DNA of 64,000 nucleotides from Prorocentrum cordatum (lineage: Eukaryota), in NCBI GenBank assembly GCA_963575745.1, contig CAUYUJ010000225.1, positions 806,001-870,000 of the forward strand, given 5' to 3'. The notes beneath the pieces were generated by a model. That model was given only the letters and a program-made list of their open reading frames with translations, searched no databases and was not told the origin of the DNA. Shown in pieces: positions 26,065 to 39,700 of this stretch. The translations under genes were made by a program, and so were the position numbers. Numbering within the stretch: the first letter of the stretch is position 1; every line of letters begins with the position of its first letter.

Positions 26065-26369
26065 TCCGCCGTCATCATCATAATCACCAGCAGCATCACC
26101 GTCATCACTAGCATCATCACCATCGCCAGCAACCCCATCATCGTATAAGCATCAGTATGACCATCATCAGCATCAGTATCAGCATCGTCGTCGTCGACAT
26201 CATCACCATCATCATCATCACCACCATCATCATCTTCAGCAGCATCATCATCATCAGCATCAGCATCATCAGCACCATCACCATCGCTATCACCGCCACT
26301 GTTATCACAATCATCATCAGCAGCATCAGTATGATCCTCATCATGGTCATCATCCTCATGCCCATTCTT

Positions 26370-26455
<86 letters not shown>

Positions 26456-26910
26456 GACTATCAGCATCACCATCAGCATCATCACCACCATCATCATCAT
26501 CATCATCAGCATCATCAGCATCATCACCATCATCGTCGGCGTCGTCGTCATCGTCATCATCGCTGTCGTTACCATCACCAATGTCACCAGCATCACCAGC
26601 AGCATTCTCATCGTCCTCGTCCTCGTCCTCGTCCTGGCACGCGTTATCGTCCTCACGGCCGTCATAGTAAGCATCATCATCATAATCATCACCATATGAT
26701 CATCATCATCATCATCATCATCACAATCATCATCATCATTAGCAGCATCATCAGCAGCAGCAGCATCATCATCAGCATCAGCATCAGCATCAGCATCAGC
26801 ATCAGCATCAACATCATCATCACCATCAACATCAACATTATCATCAACATCATCATGAACATCATCACCTTCATCATCACATATCATCACCACCACCGTC
26901 ACTGCCATCG
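26065..26910. repeat. Degenerate (CAT)n microsatellite
   Basis: Directly visible. Confidence 0.95.
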
Positions 26911-28259
26911 TCAAAGTCTTACGAAACTCCACCCGCACTTATCGACACTCATCCGGCAACTGGACAACCTGCGCCGGCGAACGAGGCAACTGCGTTGGCT
27001 GCGCACGAAGGGCCGCGGCGACAGCGCAGAGGGCGAAAGACTCAGAAATGATATTCACGAGGGACTGGAGAGGCACGAGCTGGGTGTAGCAGGGGGACGC
27101 CGAGGAGAGGCTGAAGGAGCTCCAGCGGCAGCGGAAGGCGCATCGAAGAGTGGCGACGAAGACTGCGGCGGTCGCACAGGGCCTGCGAGGGCGGCAGCAC
27201 TGCCCCGCCGACGGGAGCGCACGCGGACCAGGCGCGCGCCGGGAGGAGGGAGGAGGTGAGGGCGGAGGAGCGGGCAGAGGAGGACGAGGCCAAGCAGGAG
27301 CTGGAGCCGAGAGGGAGCACCACAGAGCAGGAGGCGCTGGCACTCCCGGGGCGGCACTGGAGCCAGGGTGCGGCGGCGGGCTCTCCCCCGAGCGAGAGAC
27401 GGGCCGGAGGCCCCAGGCCGGAGACGCGCTGCAGCGGCTGCTGCAGGGGCGTCCCGACGGCCCGTGAGCTACCTCGGCTCGGGAGGCGCCGCGGTGGAGG
27501 CTGCGAGGCTCGGCCCCACGCTCCCCACGGCGTCCCTCCTCCTCCTCCTCCTCCTCCTCCTCCTCCTCCTCCTCCTCCTCCTCCTCCACTCCCCGTCCAC
27601 TCCCCGTCCAGGGGCGCCGGTGGTCCATGCCATCGGGGAGACTCTTGGACGAATACGGATCATGCCCTCGCCTGGGCGATTCTTCGGTGGCAGCGCAAGG
27701 AGGAGGAGGAGGAGGAGGAGGAGGAGGAGGAGGAGGACGCCGTGGGGAGCCGAGGGATGGCACGGGGACGAGCTCTCTGCACCACGCTGCCAGTGTTCTC
27801 GAACTCGTGCCGCTGGCGTTCTCTCAGACTCCTGGCGGCGTTCTCTCACGCATGCTGCCTGCACGAGGGTCGCTGGTCACGCTGCGGGCGTTCTCTGACT
27901 CATGCTGGGCCAGGCATGCGCGCCAGCAGTGGCACAAGGCGCGGCAGGTGATGTTCACGCAGGAGGGCAAGGGCAGGAGAAAGAAGGACGGGAGCACTGA
28001 TGTCCAAGTGCTGCGGCCCATCAGCAGATCACTCTCATCTTATTCTTATCTAACCCATCAGCTCAGAGAGACCAGCGAAGAACATCGAATTCCTGCACAC
28101 TTACCGAGTGTCACCGAGAAACGACGACGTGACTCGCCCCACCTAAACCTACATCGACAAACATAACAGCGAAAAAACGCAATTGATCAGTGAACCTCCT
28201 CGAAAAAAAAAGCGACGACGACGCGCCAAGACACCTATCGGACGACAGAAAAAAGCCAA

Positions 28260-28672
28260 CCTGAGCCCTGCCACTGGGGCCTTCGGTTGGGATCCCTGTG
28301 GGGCCACGGACCGTGTGAGGGCTGTGCCAAAATGGGCCTGGGGACGCATGCGAACCCTGTCACTGGGGCCTTCTGTGAAGCTCCTCAAGGGGCCACGAAC
28401 AGTGTGAGGGGTGTGTGCGAAAATGGGCCTCGGGACGCATGCGAACCCTGCCACAAGGTCCTTCGGCGAAACTCCCTGAATATCCCTATGGGGCCACGCA
28501 CCGTGTGAGGGGTACGCCAAAACTGGACTTGGGACGCATGTGAGCCCTGCTATTGAGGATTTCGGTGGAACTCCCTATGAAACCACGAACCGTATGATGT
28601 GTGTGTGTGTGTGTGCCCAAATTTGCCAGGGGACACATGTGAACCCTGTCACTGGGGCCTTCGGTGGCGCCC
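28260..28672 (-). repeat. Diverged relative of the 5.8-7.2 kb satellite family in opposite orientation
   Basis: Units such as gcgaaccctgccactggggccttcggtggagctccctatggggccacga match the reverse complement of the 5.8-kb unit; about 5 copies. Confidence 0.8.
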
Positions 28673-28789
28673 CCAAAAAACGGCGACGAAAGCTCCCGCG
28701 AAGACTTGGTGCACTCCCCGAGAAAATGGGAATCGGCCACGCCGGACCTCGGGGGGTTACCCACTGGAGTCTCCGCTGAGGGGGGTGAT

Positions 28790-30310
28790 ATCAGCATCTT
28801 GAGCTGTCGGTGGCGCCTGCTCGGCAGCGCGCTGTTGCGGTCCCCACGCGCAGGTGTGGCAGCAGAATTGGAGGAGGAAAGAGGCTGCGCGCTGCCCCAA
28901 GGGGATCCGCGGTCCATGATTGCTATAGTGGCGGTGCTGCACGCAACAATCACTGCGATCGCAGCGCGCTTCCCAAGGCTGGAGCCCTCCTGATACGTGG
29001 ACGACAGGTCGTAGAAGTGCAGCGCTGCGCAGGAGTTGCTGGCAGTCGGGGGGGACTGGAGGGGTTGGTCGAACGTCCTGGGGTCGAAGAAGAACGAGGC
29101 GAAGTCCCAGCACGCCCACCTCACGGCAGTGGGGCGCAAGCAGCTACTCAGTACTGGAGCGCCAGACAACGCAGTGACCGACACGCCCGAAATCCTGGCG
29201 ACAAGCTTCTGCAAAGGCAGAGGAGGGCGAGGGAGGAGGCACACCCGAAAGGAAACGAGAGGCCAGAGGAGGGCAGAGGTCCTGATCGAGAGAAGCGCGC
29301 TCCTGCCCGCCTGCGAGAGGATGAGGGATGCTGTGATGGCTGGGAAACCGCTGGCGGTCGCCGAGCACGGCTGGACCGACGGGCAAATGAACATGCAGGA
29401 GGAACCGCGCCTGGAGCCGGCGATCCTCAGGGCCCGGGGCGGGGGGAGGCCAAGGCAGAGAGCCACACCTGCGAGCAATCTCCCGCGGCCACCAGCTCAG
29501 CGTCCGCTGCTGCATCCTGATGGCCGCAGCCATACGGCTGCGTGGCGCACGCGCTGGGAAGACCGAGAGAGAAAGACACGCGGGGAACCTGGAGCTACCC
29601 TGAGGGGTGCTCCGGCAGAGTCCGCACCCTCCCTGAGGGCTGCGGATGTCGGCTACAGCCTGCGAAATGCTTCAGAAATCATGGGTTAAGAAATTCATAG
29701 CCTCAGAAATTGAGTAAAACCCAAAATTTCTTTTCAAATCTTGGGATTTACATTGACACATGAAGAATCATCGAGACTCTGGCCGAACACTTAAGTTTTC
29801 TTAAGCATCGCCTAAGGTGTACACGTAAGAATGACCCTGGGTAAGAGTGACCTTTGGTGCGCGGCTTCACGGGGGACGCGGGGTGGCCAAACCTGGGCGC
29901 GCAAGCCGCTGCTGCCGCTTCGCGCTCTGCGATCGGGGGAGCCCTTTGGGCCCGCACCAAAGGTCACTCCGGCGAAAGGTCACTCTTGCGTCTAGTCGAG
30001 GATGGCAGGAGTGGCGCCTCCCGGTCGCGGAAGCACTCCCCTGCCTTCGCGGAGGAAGCGAGCAGTGTTCCGAGTGCAGGGGCCGCACTGGGCACGTGCT
30101 CTGTGAGGACTGGCGCGCCGACCTCTTCGGCAGGCGCTGGGCACAGGGCCGCATCGACTCTCGACTGTGCAGGCTCGAGCAGTACGATGAGCGCCGCTGC
30201 CTGGCCGCGCGGGGAAGACTGCGGTCGAAGTGCAGCTCGTGAAGCCCACCGCCAACTTTGATCATTGGGGAGGGCATTGACAGGTGAATGTGGCATGAGT
30301 GTTCGCTAAC
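28790..30310 (+). mobile_element. Degenerate non-LTR reverse transcriptase fragment, interrupted at about 29.58-29.85 kb
   Basis: One frame reads ALPQGDPRSM (28889-28918), a stop, YVDD (28994-29005), then NEAKSQ...EILATSF; a Cys/WHEC-type C-terminal remnant lies near 30.2-30.3 kb. Confidence 0.7.
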
Positions 30311-30719
30311 TTGTGAGCTCCACAACCCGGATGGCAGGGCGCCAGAAGGGCGTGGAAAGGCCTTTCGATGGACTCTGGAAGGACCTGCAGAGAGCTTCCG
30401 AAGGACCTTCTGATGAGCTTCCGGGCACGCTTAGAAAAGGCCTCTCGGGACCCGCTGGAGGGTCAAGCAAGGCGCTGCGGCGCTGGACAACGGAAGCCGG
30501 AGCGACCTCCGGAGCTACCCTGCAGCTCCGGCTTCTTAATCTGAAACTCTCTTAGCTCTCAGAGAGCTATCCAGGCATTTCTTCGGAGGTCTGAAAGACG
30601 TGGACGCCAGCCTGCTCTGGCGGGCTGTCCCTATCCGAGGGCTGCTGCTGGACGAATGGTATGGACGAGTGCCGACGGAGGATGCCGGCAGTGCGCCCCC
30701 CGGAGGTTGAGGGCAAGCT

Positions 30720-30950
30720 GAGGAGAGAGATGAGGAGGAGGAGGAGGAGGAGGAGGAGGAGGAGGAGGAGGAGGAGGAGGAGGAGGAGGAGGAGGAGGAG
30801 AGGGAGGAGGAGGAGAGGAGGAGGAGGAGGGGGAGGAGGGAGGAGAGGGGAGGAGGAGGAGAGGAGGAGGAGGAGGAGGAGGAGGAGAAGGAGGAGGAGG
30901 AGGAGGAGAAGGAGGAAGAGGAGGAGGAGAAGGAGGAGGAGGAGGAGAGG
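30720..30950. repeat. (GGA)n microsatellite
   Basis: Directly visible. Confidence 0.95.
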
Positions 30951-33900
30951 GCGACAATTTCGGGAAAGAAAAATATGGAGAAGTGCAGGGAGAGAGGTGT
31001 AGCACACAAAGGCTGTCAGGAACGACAACATCAGGAACCAGGATCGAAATTGCCAGGACTGCTCTTTGCACCCCTTTTATCATGACGAGGTCCGCAGCCA
31101 TCGAGAACTTCGCTTCAGCGGGTCCTCTACGTGTGCGCTTACATGAAGATGTAGTGTACGTCATTACGCATTTCCCTCTTAAGAACCTCCAGGAGCCCAC
31201 CGAAATCCGAGAAAGAGGAGAGGCGAGAGGGGGCTCGAGACGGGGGCGAGAGCACGTCGAGAAACCAGCGAGGGCTGGCCGAAGGCCAGCCAGTCCTCGA
31301 ACTCGAACTGCACGGGCTGCACGGGGGGGGCCCGGACTGCGTTGGGCAGCTGGTACGGCGGCTTGAGGCGCACGACCCGCTCGAAGCGGGTCTGCATGTT
31401 CACCTGTGGCGCCCCAGCGGAGTCTCTCGTCCTCTTCCTGCTTGTGCTCCTGCTCCTCCTCCGCCTCCCTCCTCCTGCTACCAGCCCCTCCTCCTCTCCT
31501 CATCCTGCTCCTCCTCCTCCTCCTCCTCCTCCTCCTCCTCCTGCTCTTCCTTCTCCTTGCTTGCTCCCCCCCTCCTCCTCGCAAAATCCTTTTCACCCCC
31601 CTCCTACTCCACCCGAACTTCACATTCCGTCTCCCACTTCTCCTCCTCCTCCTCCTCCTCCTCCTCCTCCTCCTCCTCCTGCTTCTCCTCTTCCTCCTCC
31701 TCCTCCTCCCTCCCGCTAACCTGCACGGCATGGCCCGTCTCCACGGACTGGAAGTTGGTCACCTCGGGGGGGGCGCGCCGCCGCCGCCAGCGACATCCCC
31801 TCAAGAAGGCTACAGCCCCACGCCCGCGATTGCGGCGCCCCGCTCCCGTTCATGTCGTGAGGCTTGCGTGCGCCGATTCGGATCGGCCATTGTCACTGAG
31901 CTCATCATCTCCCCCCTTCCCCCGTCCCCTCCACCCTCCTCCCGTCTCTATGACCCTCCCCGCCCTCCCACACCTCTTGTCAGTGTCCGCCCCCCCCCCC
32001 CCCCCCCCCGGGACCCCCTCCCCCCTCCCCTCCCCCTCCCCTCCCCCCAATCCCCCCCTCCCACCACCACCCGGCACCCCAGGCTTCGCCATCCGCTGCG
32101 GTGAGAGGCAGAACAGCAGGAAGCAGGGGAGAGCAGGAGAGAGCCCGTCCGGGAAGGTGGGTGGGAGGAAGGGGGTAGGAGAACAGGATGCCAGGAGAGC
32201 AGGAGTCTGGTCTCGGATCTGGCGCGCACGGCGCTGGCAGGCGGAGAGGCCTCCTCCCTGGCTCACCCACAGGGCGCGCAACTATGGAATCCACGTCTGG
32301 AGGTGACGTGCTGAGCGGCAGCATTTTTTTGCAGAGGCGATATATAGTGCAACTCAACGTATTTAGCCGATCACACTATTGCGTAAAAGGTTTTTGACAG
32401 ATTTTGGCGTTCTCGCCATTTCGGCTTCCCGACAATTCACGACGACCCAAGAGGCCCCCGAGATCGCCCCAAGACGGCCCCAGAGGCCCCCAAGGGGGCC
32501 CCGAGAGGGCCCAATAAGGCCCCAAGAGAACCCCAAGACGGCCCAAAAGGCACGAGTGGCCCCCAGGATGCCCCAACCAAGAGGCCCCCAAGAGGCACCC
32601 AAGAGGCCCCCCAGAGGCTCGCAAGGGGGTCCAAAACTGCTCCCATGAGACCCCCGAGAGCGCTCCGAAGAGACCCGAAGAAGCATCTATGAGCATGGGA
32701 GCCACGGGAGAGCTCGGGAACATCCAGTGAGATACTCATCTGGGTGGCCTGGGCAAGTGAAGACACGTGGTTCCAGCTCGGGGCCACCACATCTTAGATA
32801 CCCCAATGGGAGATCTTGAAAATCACCGGCCAAGCAAACACGGCATCAAGTTATTACGCATATGGTGCCGATGACTTGTTTTTGTCTGGCCCTGGTGCCC
32901 CCCCAAGTTGGAGTACCCAGAGGACCACATCTTAGAGATATTTTTCTTGGTGGCCTGGACACGTAAAAGCACGTGGTTCCAGCTGGGGACAACCACGTTA
33001 GATACCCCCATGGGTGTCCTGGACACGTCAAGAGACATGGTTCCAGCTCGGGACAAGCATGTTAGTTACCCCCTGGGTGGCCTGGACACGCGCCAGACAC
33101 ATGTTGGATCCCCCCCCGCACATGTATCTTTACGTGCTACCCGGCCGGCGACAAATCCCTCCAGGTGGCCTAGACACGTGGAAACGCATGCCAAATGCAT
33201 AGGCGCCAGACGCAGGTTGGACCCCCCCCGCGCACGCATTTTCACGCGCGGGGAACCCGACGACCACATGTCAGATATGCCCCTGTGGGGCCCGGACACG
33301 AGAAAACACGTGCCAAGCGAACGGGTGCCAGACGCAAGCTCTCCCGCGCACATTCTACGTGCGAAGAGTCCTTGACCTCACGATAGGTATCCTGGACACG
33401 TGAAAGCAAGCGTTTCGCTTGAGACATCTTCCACAGATTCTGCAGACCACGCGTTTCGCTCGAGACACCCCCCGACTCTGCAAGACCAGCGCTTCGCCCG
33501 AGACATCCTCAACCAAATTTCATATATAAGAAAACCAGCGCTTCGCTCGGGACATCCTCAAACGTCGATTCAGCCAGCCGACTTATCGAAACAGAGCTTT
33601 CGTCGGCCCTTCCCATGAATGGTGCGGGGGACAATTTACAAAATAAAAGAGAACCCTGGGCCTCAGCCATTTCCGGAGCAAGTAACTCCTCTAACTCTTC
33701 CAGCTCCTACTCGTGCTCCTCTTCCTCCTCTTCCTCCTCCTCCTCCTCCTCCTCCTGGTAATGCTGCCGAGGCAGTCCTCGTGAGGACCTCTCTATGTAC
33801 GTCTGCACGACTGCGCAAGACACAATTCGACCTCCGACCGAAGTGGGCTCATGGAGCTCTTAACCCATTCCTCGAGGCTCGTGCGCTTCCCGCTCATGCC

Positions 33901-35799
33901 AATGAATGCTTATGAAGAAGATATTGGATGCAGAGGGCGAGGCTAGCCAGCCGGAATGGCAGCGCCCCGTGGGGCTTTGGCCAATGCGCACGCCCCGAGC
34001 TACGCTCGGACTACACTTGGCCCCTACTCTAAATCCCCTGCGCTTGTGGGGTATAGACGGACTGGTCATCCTTTTCGCGATGGTGGTGGCACGGGGAAGG
34101 GAGGAGATGGGAAGTGGTGGGCGAGGCTGGCCAGTCGGAGTGACAGTGCCCCGTGGGGCCGTGGCCATTGCACACGCCCGAGCCACGCTCGGACCAAGCG
34201 TAGTCCCGACCATCCGCCACCGCGCTTGCAGCGGTTGGTTAGTGTCGGGCCACTATGTTTAGGGCGAGTTTCGCTTCTTGAAAAGCAATTCGGCCCCCCA
34301 CGACGCATCCAGCCCAGGATGCGTCAATGCATTCAAACACGTCTCTGCGATTTTCGTGTTCCAAATAGCAGCCCTACCAAAAACAACATAATCGACCAAC
34401 GAACCCAGGATGGAAAGTAGAAATGTGAAGCATGGCAATGTGTTCAAGCCACCTGATCTGGGCGACGGGCAATTGCAATGCCGAAAGTATCGATCGTGAT
34501 GTACCGTGGCACGGGCTGTGCTTTTTTGGGGGGGGCGGGCAAGTGCTAGGATGGGCCGCGAATCCTGCAGCACTAAAGCTTGAATGCCAGAAGCCTCAGG
34601 CGCGCGGTACCCACGACGCCAAAGCCCGAAGCTGCGAACCACATTAACATGATGGACCCACGAACCCGGAAAAGGATATGTAATGTTGAAGACATCGGTA
34701 ATCATGATGCCGTGCCACAGGTTCCGCTACACTGTGCTGCGACGTGCCGCGCTACGTTGCACTGCGATGCAACGCTGCGCCGACGCCGAACTGGGCGACG
34801 GGCACTTGCAATGCTGAAGGTATCGATGGCGATATACAGTGCTAGGGGCTGTGCTGCGCCGTGCTGTGCTAACTTAGAACTTGTCATACTGCGCTGAACT
34901 GTGCTGTGCTCTATTCCGTTGCGGATCAACTCGCCCGTGGCCTCCGAATCCTGAACGAACAGATTTGGATCTTAAGCTCGGGCTGCCTGAACGCGTGGCT
35001 CGCCCTGAGCTGGCCGCAATCGAAACGCGCGGGGGCGTTCGACCAGCTCGAGCTCAAGATCCGATTCAGTTCCGAAGCTGGACGAAGCATCGCTCCACAT
35101 GTGAAGCGTGGGACCGTTTTCACGACACCGAACTGGTCGGCGGGCACTTGCAATGTTGAAGATATCGGTGACGATGTACTGTGCCAAGGGCTGTGCTGCG
35201 CCGCGCGGCGCTGATTTGGAATGCGTCATGATGCGTTGAACCGTGCTGTGCTCTATTGCGTTGTGGATCAAGTCGTCCTTGGCACCCGACTCCTGGCCGA
35301 ACTGATCTGGATCTTAAACTCGAGGTGCATGAACGCACAGCTCGACCTGGATGAACCTAACTTGGGCGACGGCCAATTGCAATGCTCAGGGTAACGCTGG
35401 TGATGTACCGTGTCAAGGGTTGTGCTGCGCCGTGTCAAAGGTTGTGCTGCGCCGTTCTGTGCTGAATCCAAATGTGTCATGCCGCGTTGAACTGTGCCGT
35501 GCGCGATTGCACTGTGGATCAAGCCGTCCTTGGCGTCAGAATCCTGACCGAACTGATTTTGATCTTAAGCTCGAGCTGCCTGAATGCACAGTTCAGGCTC
35601 AGGAGCTCTTCAACAGAAGATGAATACACGGAGGAGAAGGATTTTGATATCCAAATCAATTTGGGTAAGACTTCGGCCCCGAGAGGCCCCCACGGGCTCA
35701 TTGATGGTCATGAATATGGCGGTGATGATGATGCGGGTCAGTCAACCAACTCGAGGTCAAGATCCGTTCCAGGCCCCCAGGAAGGCCCCAGGAAGCTCA

Positions 35800-36452
35800 T
35801 GTTAGATGACCCCCTAGGTGGCCTGGACACGTTGAAGCACTTGGTTCCACCATGTTAGATACCCCAGTGGGCGGCCTGGACCGTAAAACCACGTGGCTCC
35901 AATTCGGGACAATCATCTTATATACCCCCCTGGGTGGCCTGGACACGTTAAAACACATGGGACCAGCTCTGGGCAACCATGTTAGATACACCCATGGGTG
36001 GCCTGGACACGTTAAAAGAAGTGGCCCTTGCTCGGGGCAGCCATGTGAGATATCCCCCTGGGTGGCCTGGACATGTAAAAACACCTGGTGCCAGCTTGGG
36101 ACAACCATGTTAGATACACCCCTGGGTGGCCTGGATACGTGAAAACACGTTGTTCTTGCTCGGGACAGTCATGTTAGATACCCCCTGGGTGGCCTGGACA
36201 CGTAAAAATACATGGTTCAAGCTCGGGACAACCATGTTAGATATCCCCCTGGGTGGCCTGGACACGTAAAAACACGTGGGACCAGCTCAGGGCAACCATG
36301 TTAGATACACCCCTGGGTGGCCAGGACAAGTAAAAACACGTGGTTCAAGCTCGGGACAGCCACGTGAGATATCCCTCGGGGTGGCCTGGACACGTAAAAA
36401 CACGTGGTTTTGGTTCGGGACAACCATGTTAGATACCCCCCTGGGTGGCCTG
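35800..36452. repeat. ~58-bp satellite (ccatgttagatacccccctgggtggcctggacacgtaaaaacacgtggttccagctcgggacaa)
   Basis: About 11 tandem copies; related copies at 32710-33180 and 53890-54420. Confidence 0.92.
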
Positions 36453-36714
36453 GGCCTTCGTGGGGCCCCCTGGAGAAGGCCAATCTACAGGAACATACGT
36501 AAAAACAAACGGATTCGTGCCACTGGAGAGGGCCAATCGATGGGAACACGCGTCAAAACACACGGGTTCGAGCTCCTGACCCACATGTGTCCCGCACCTT
36601 GTGTTTTATCTGTCGGAATTTCAAAAACCAGCGTTTCGCTCGAGACATCCTCAAATCTTAGTTCGCCGGCCCTACGCGACTTTTTTACTTATCGCGAAAA
36701 AAATTCGCGGGCCC

Positions 36715-39700
36715 ATCCCCCACCGCGTCACCCACAGCCTCCTGGGCCCTCGGTGTGTGGTGTTTGAAAGACCCCCCACCCTGCACAAAAACAGGCGCCG
36801 GGACCCCCAACCGCATCTGACATCCCCAACCTCAACCCTTTGTGTGTGATGTTTTAAGAACCCCCAGCCCTGCAAAAACAGGCGCCGGGACCCCCCACCG
36901 CGTCTGACACTCCCAGCCTCCTGGACCTTCTTTGCGTAGTGTTTTAAGGGGCCCCCCACCCTGCAAAAACAGGCGCCGGGACCCCCCACCGCGTCTGACA
37001 CCCCCCGCCTCGTGAACTCCTGTGTAGTGTTTTGAAACCCCCCACCCTGCAAAAACAGACGCTGGGACCCCCGAGCGCGCCTGACACCCCCAGCCTCCTG
37101 GACCCTCTGTGCGTGGTGTTTTCAAGACCCCCACCCTGCACAAAAGCAGTCGCCGGGACGCCCCACCGCGTCTGACACCCCCAGCCTCCTGGACTCCTGC
37201 GCGTGGTGTTTTGAAGCCCCCCACCCTGCAAAAACAGGCGCCGGGACCCCCGACCGCGTCTGACACCCCCAGCCTCCTGGACCCTCTGTGTGTGGTGTTT
37301 GAAGGCCCACCCACCGCGTCTGACACCTAGCCTTCTGAACGCGTGTGTGCGATGTTTTATTATTAAACCCCCCACCCTGCAAAAACCGCCGCCGGGATCC
37401 CCCCCCGCGTGTGACACCCCCAGCCTCCTGGAACCTCTGTGCGTGGTGTTGTTGGGGACCCACCACCCTGCAAAAACATGCGCCCGGACCTCCCACCGCG
37501 AATGACACCCCCAGCCTCCTGGACTCCTGTGCGTGGTGTTCTAAGGACCCCCCAACCTGCAAAAACAGGCGCTGGGACCCCCCACCGAGTCTGACATCCC
37601 CAGCCTTCTGGAACCTCCGTGTCGTGTTAAAAACCCCCCCACCTTGCAAAGACATGCGTGCAAAAACAGGCGCCGGGACCCCCCCACCGCGTCTGACACC
37701 CACAGCCTCCTGGACCCTCTGTGTATGGTGCCAGGATCACCCTCCGCGTCTGACACCCCTGGCCTACTGGCCCCTCTGTGTGTGGTGTTCTAAGGGCCCC
37801 CCTACCCTGCAAAAACATGCGCCAGGACACCCCGCCGCGTCTGACACCTCCAGCCTCCTGGACTCTCTGTATGTGGTGTTCGAAGGACCCCCCATCCTGC
37901 AAAAACAAGCGCCGGGACCCCACACCGCGTCTGACACCGCCAGCCTCCTGAACCCTCTGTGCGTGGTGTTTTTTCGACCCCCCACCCTGCAAAGACCGGC
38001 GCCGGGACCCCCGACCGCGCCTGACACCCCGTGGTGTTTTCAAGACCCCCACCCTGCACAAAAACAGGCGCCGGGACCCCCCACCGCGTCTGACACCCCC
38101 AACCTCCTGGACTCCTGTGTGCGGTGTTTGAAAGACCGACCCCCCTACCCTGCAATGGGATACACAAAGACATACTAGTACTAGATGTTCTTCTTGGAGG
38201 CGTGCGTCCGACCCAAACATATAGTATACCCATCTTGTAGTATATCGTTTCCCGAGCGGTGTGGCCAGAAAGCGCCCGCCACAACGCATATACTATCAGA
38301 TTTCTCGGTGCGCGCGTCGCCCCTGGGGGGGCGACGCACATGTAGTATAAGTATGTTTGGGTGTTGCCGGTGCAAAAAAACATGCGCCGGGTCCCCCTAC
38401 CGCGTCTAACACCCCGCGCCTCCTGAACCCTTTGTGTGTGGCGTTTTTCAGATTCCCCACACTGCAAAAACAGGCGCAGGGACCCCCACCGCGTCTGACA
38501 CGTCCAGCCTCCTGGACTCCTGCGCGTAGTGTGTAAGGACCCCCCACAAGAACAGGCGCCGGGACACCCCACCGCGCCTGACACCTCCAGTTTCCTGGAC
38601 TCCTGTGTGCGGTGTTTGAAGGACCCCCCACCCTGCACAAAAACAGGCGCCGGGACCCCTACAGCATCTGACACCCCCAACCTCCTGGACCCTCTGCGCG
38701 CAGTTCTTAAAAGGATCCCCCACCCTGCAAAAACAGGCGCTGGGACGCCCCCCACCGAGTCTGACATCCCCAGCCTTCTGGAACCTCCGTGTCGTGTTTT
38801 AAAGACCCCCCCACCTTGCGAAGACATGCGCTAGGACCCCCCACCACCTCTAACACCCCTGGCCTCCTGGACTCTCTGTATGTGGTGTTTGAACCCCCGC
38901 ACCCTGCAAAAACAGGCGCCGGGACCCCCCCACCGCGTCTGACACCCACAGCCTCCTGGTGCCGGGACCCCCCACCACGTCTGACACCCCCAGCCTCCTG
39001 GACCCTCTGTGTGTGGTGTTTTAAGGGCCCCCCTACCCTGCAAAAACATGCGTCGGGTCTCCCCTACCGCGTCTAACACCCCGCGCCTCCTGGACTCTCT
39101 GTATGCGGTATTTGAAGAACCCCCCACCCTGCTGCAAAAGCAGGCGCCGGGACGCCCCACCGCGTCTGACACCCCCAGCCTCCTGGACCCTCTGTGCGTG
39201 GAGTTATCAAAGCCCCCACCCTGCAAAAACATGCGCTGGGACCCCCCGCCGTGTCTGACACCCCCAGCCTCCTGTGTTTTCAAAGCCCCCATCCTGCAAA
39301 AACAGGTGCCGGGACCTCCCACCGCGTCTGACACCCCCAGCCTCCCGGACCCTCTGCGCGTGGTTTTTCAAAGACCTCCCCACCCTGCAAAAACATACGC
39401 TGGGACCCCCAACCGCGTCTGACACCCCCAGCCTCCTGGACTGTCTGTGCGTGGTGTTTTCAAGACCCCCCACCCGGGACAACAACAAGCGCTGGGACGG
39501 GACCCCTCACCGCTCCTGGACTCCTGCGCGTGGTGTTTTGTAAAGCCCCCCCCCCACTGCAAAAACCGGCGCCGGGACCCTCACACCCCCAGCCTCCTGG
39601 ACCTTCGGAGTGTGGTGTTGTAGGGACCCCCCACCCTGCAACAACAGGCGCCCAGCCCCCACACCGCGTCTGACACCCCCAGCCTCCTGGACTCCTGTGT

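Noticed and set aside
26940..28170. GC-rich coding-like patches (e.g. AGDALQRLLQGRPDGP followed by GTGAG)
   Set aside because: They could be exons or TE remnants, but no recognisable motif or consistent strand could be established.
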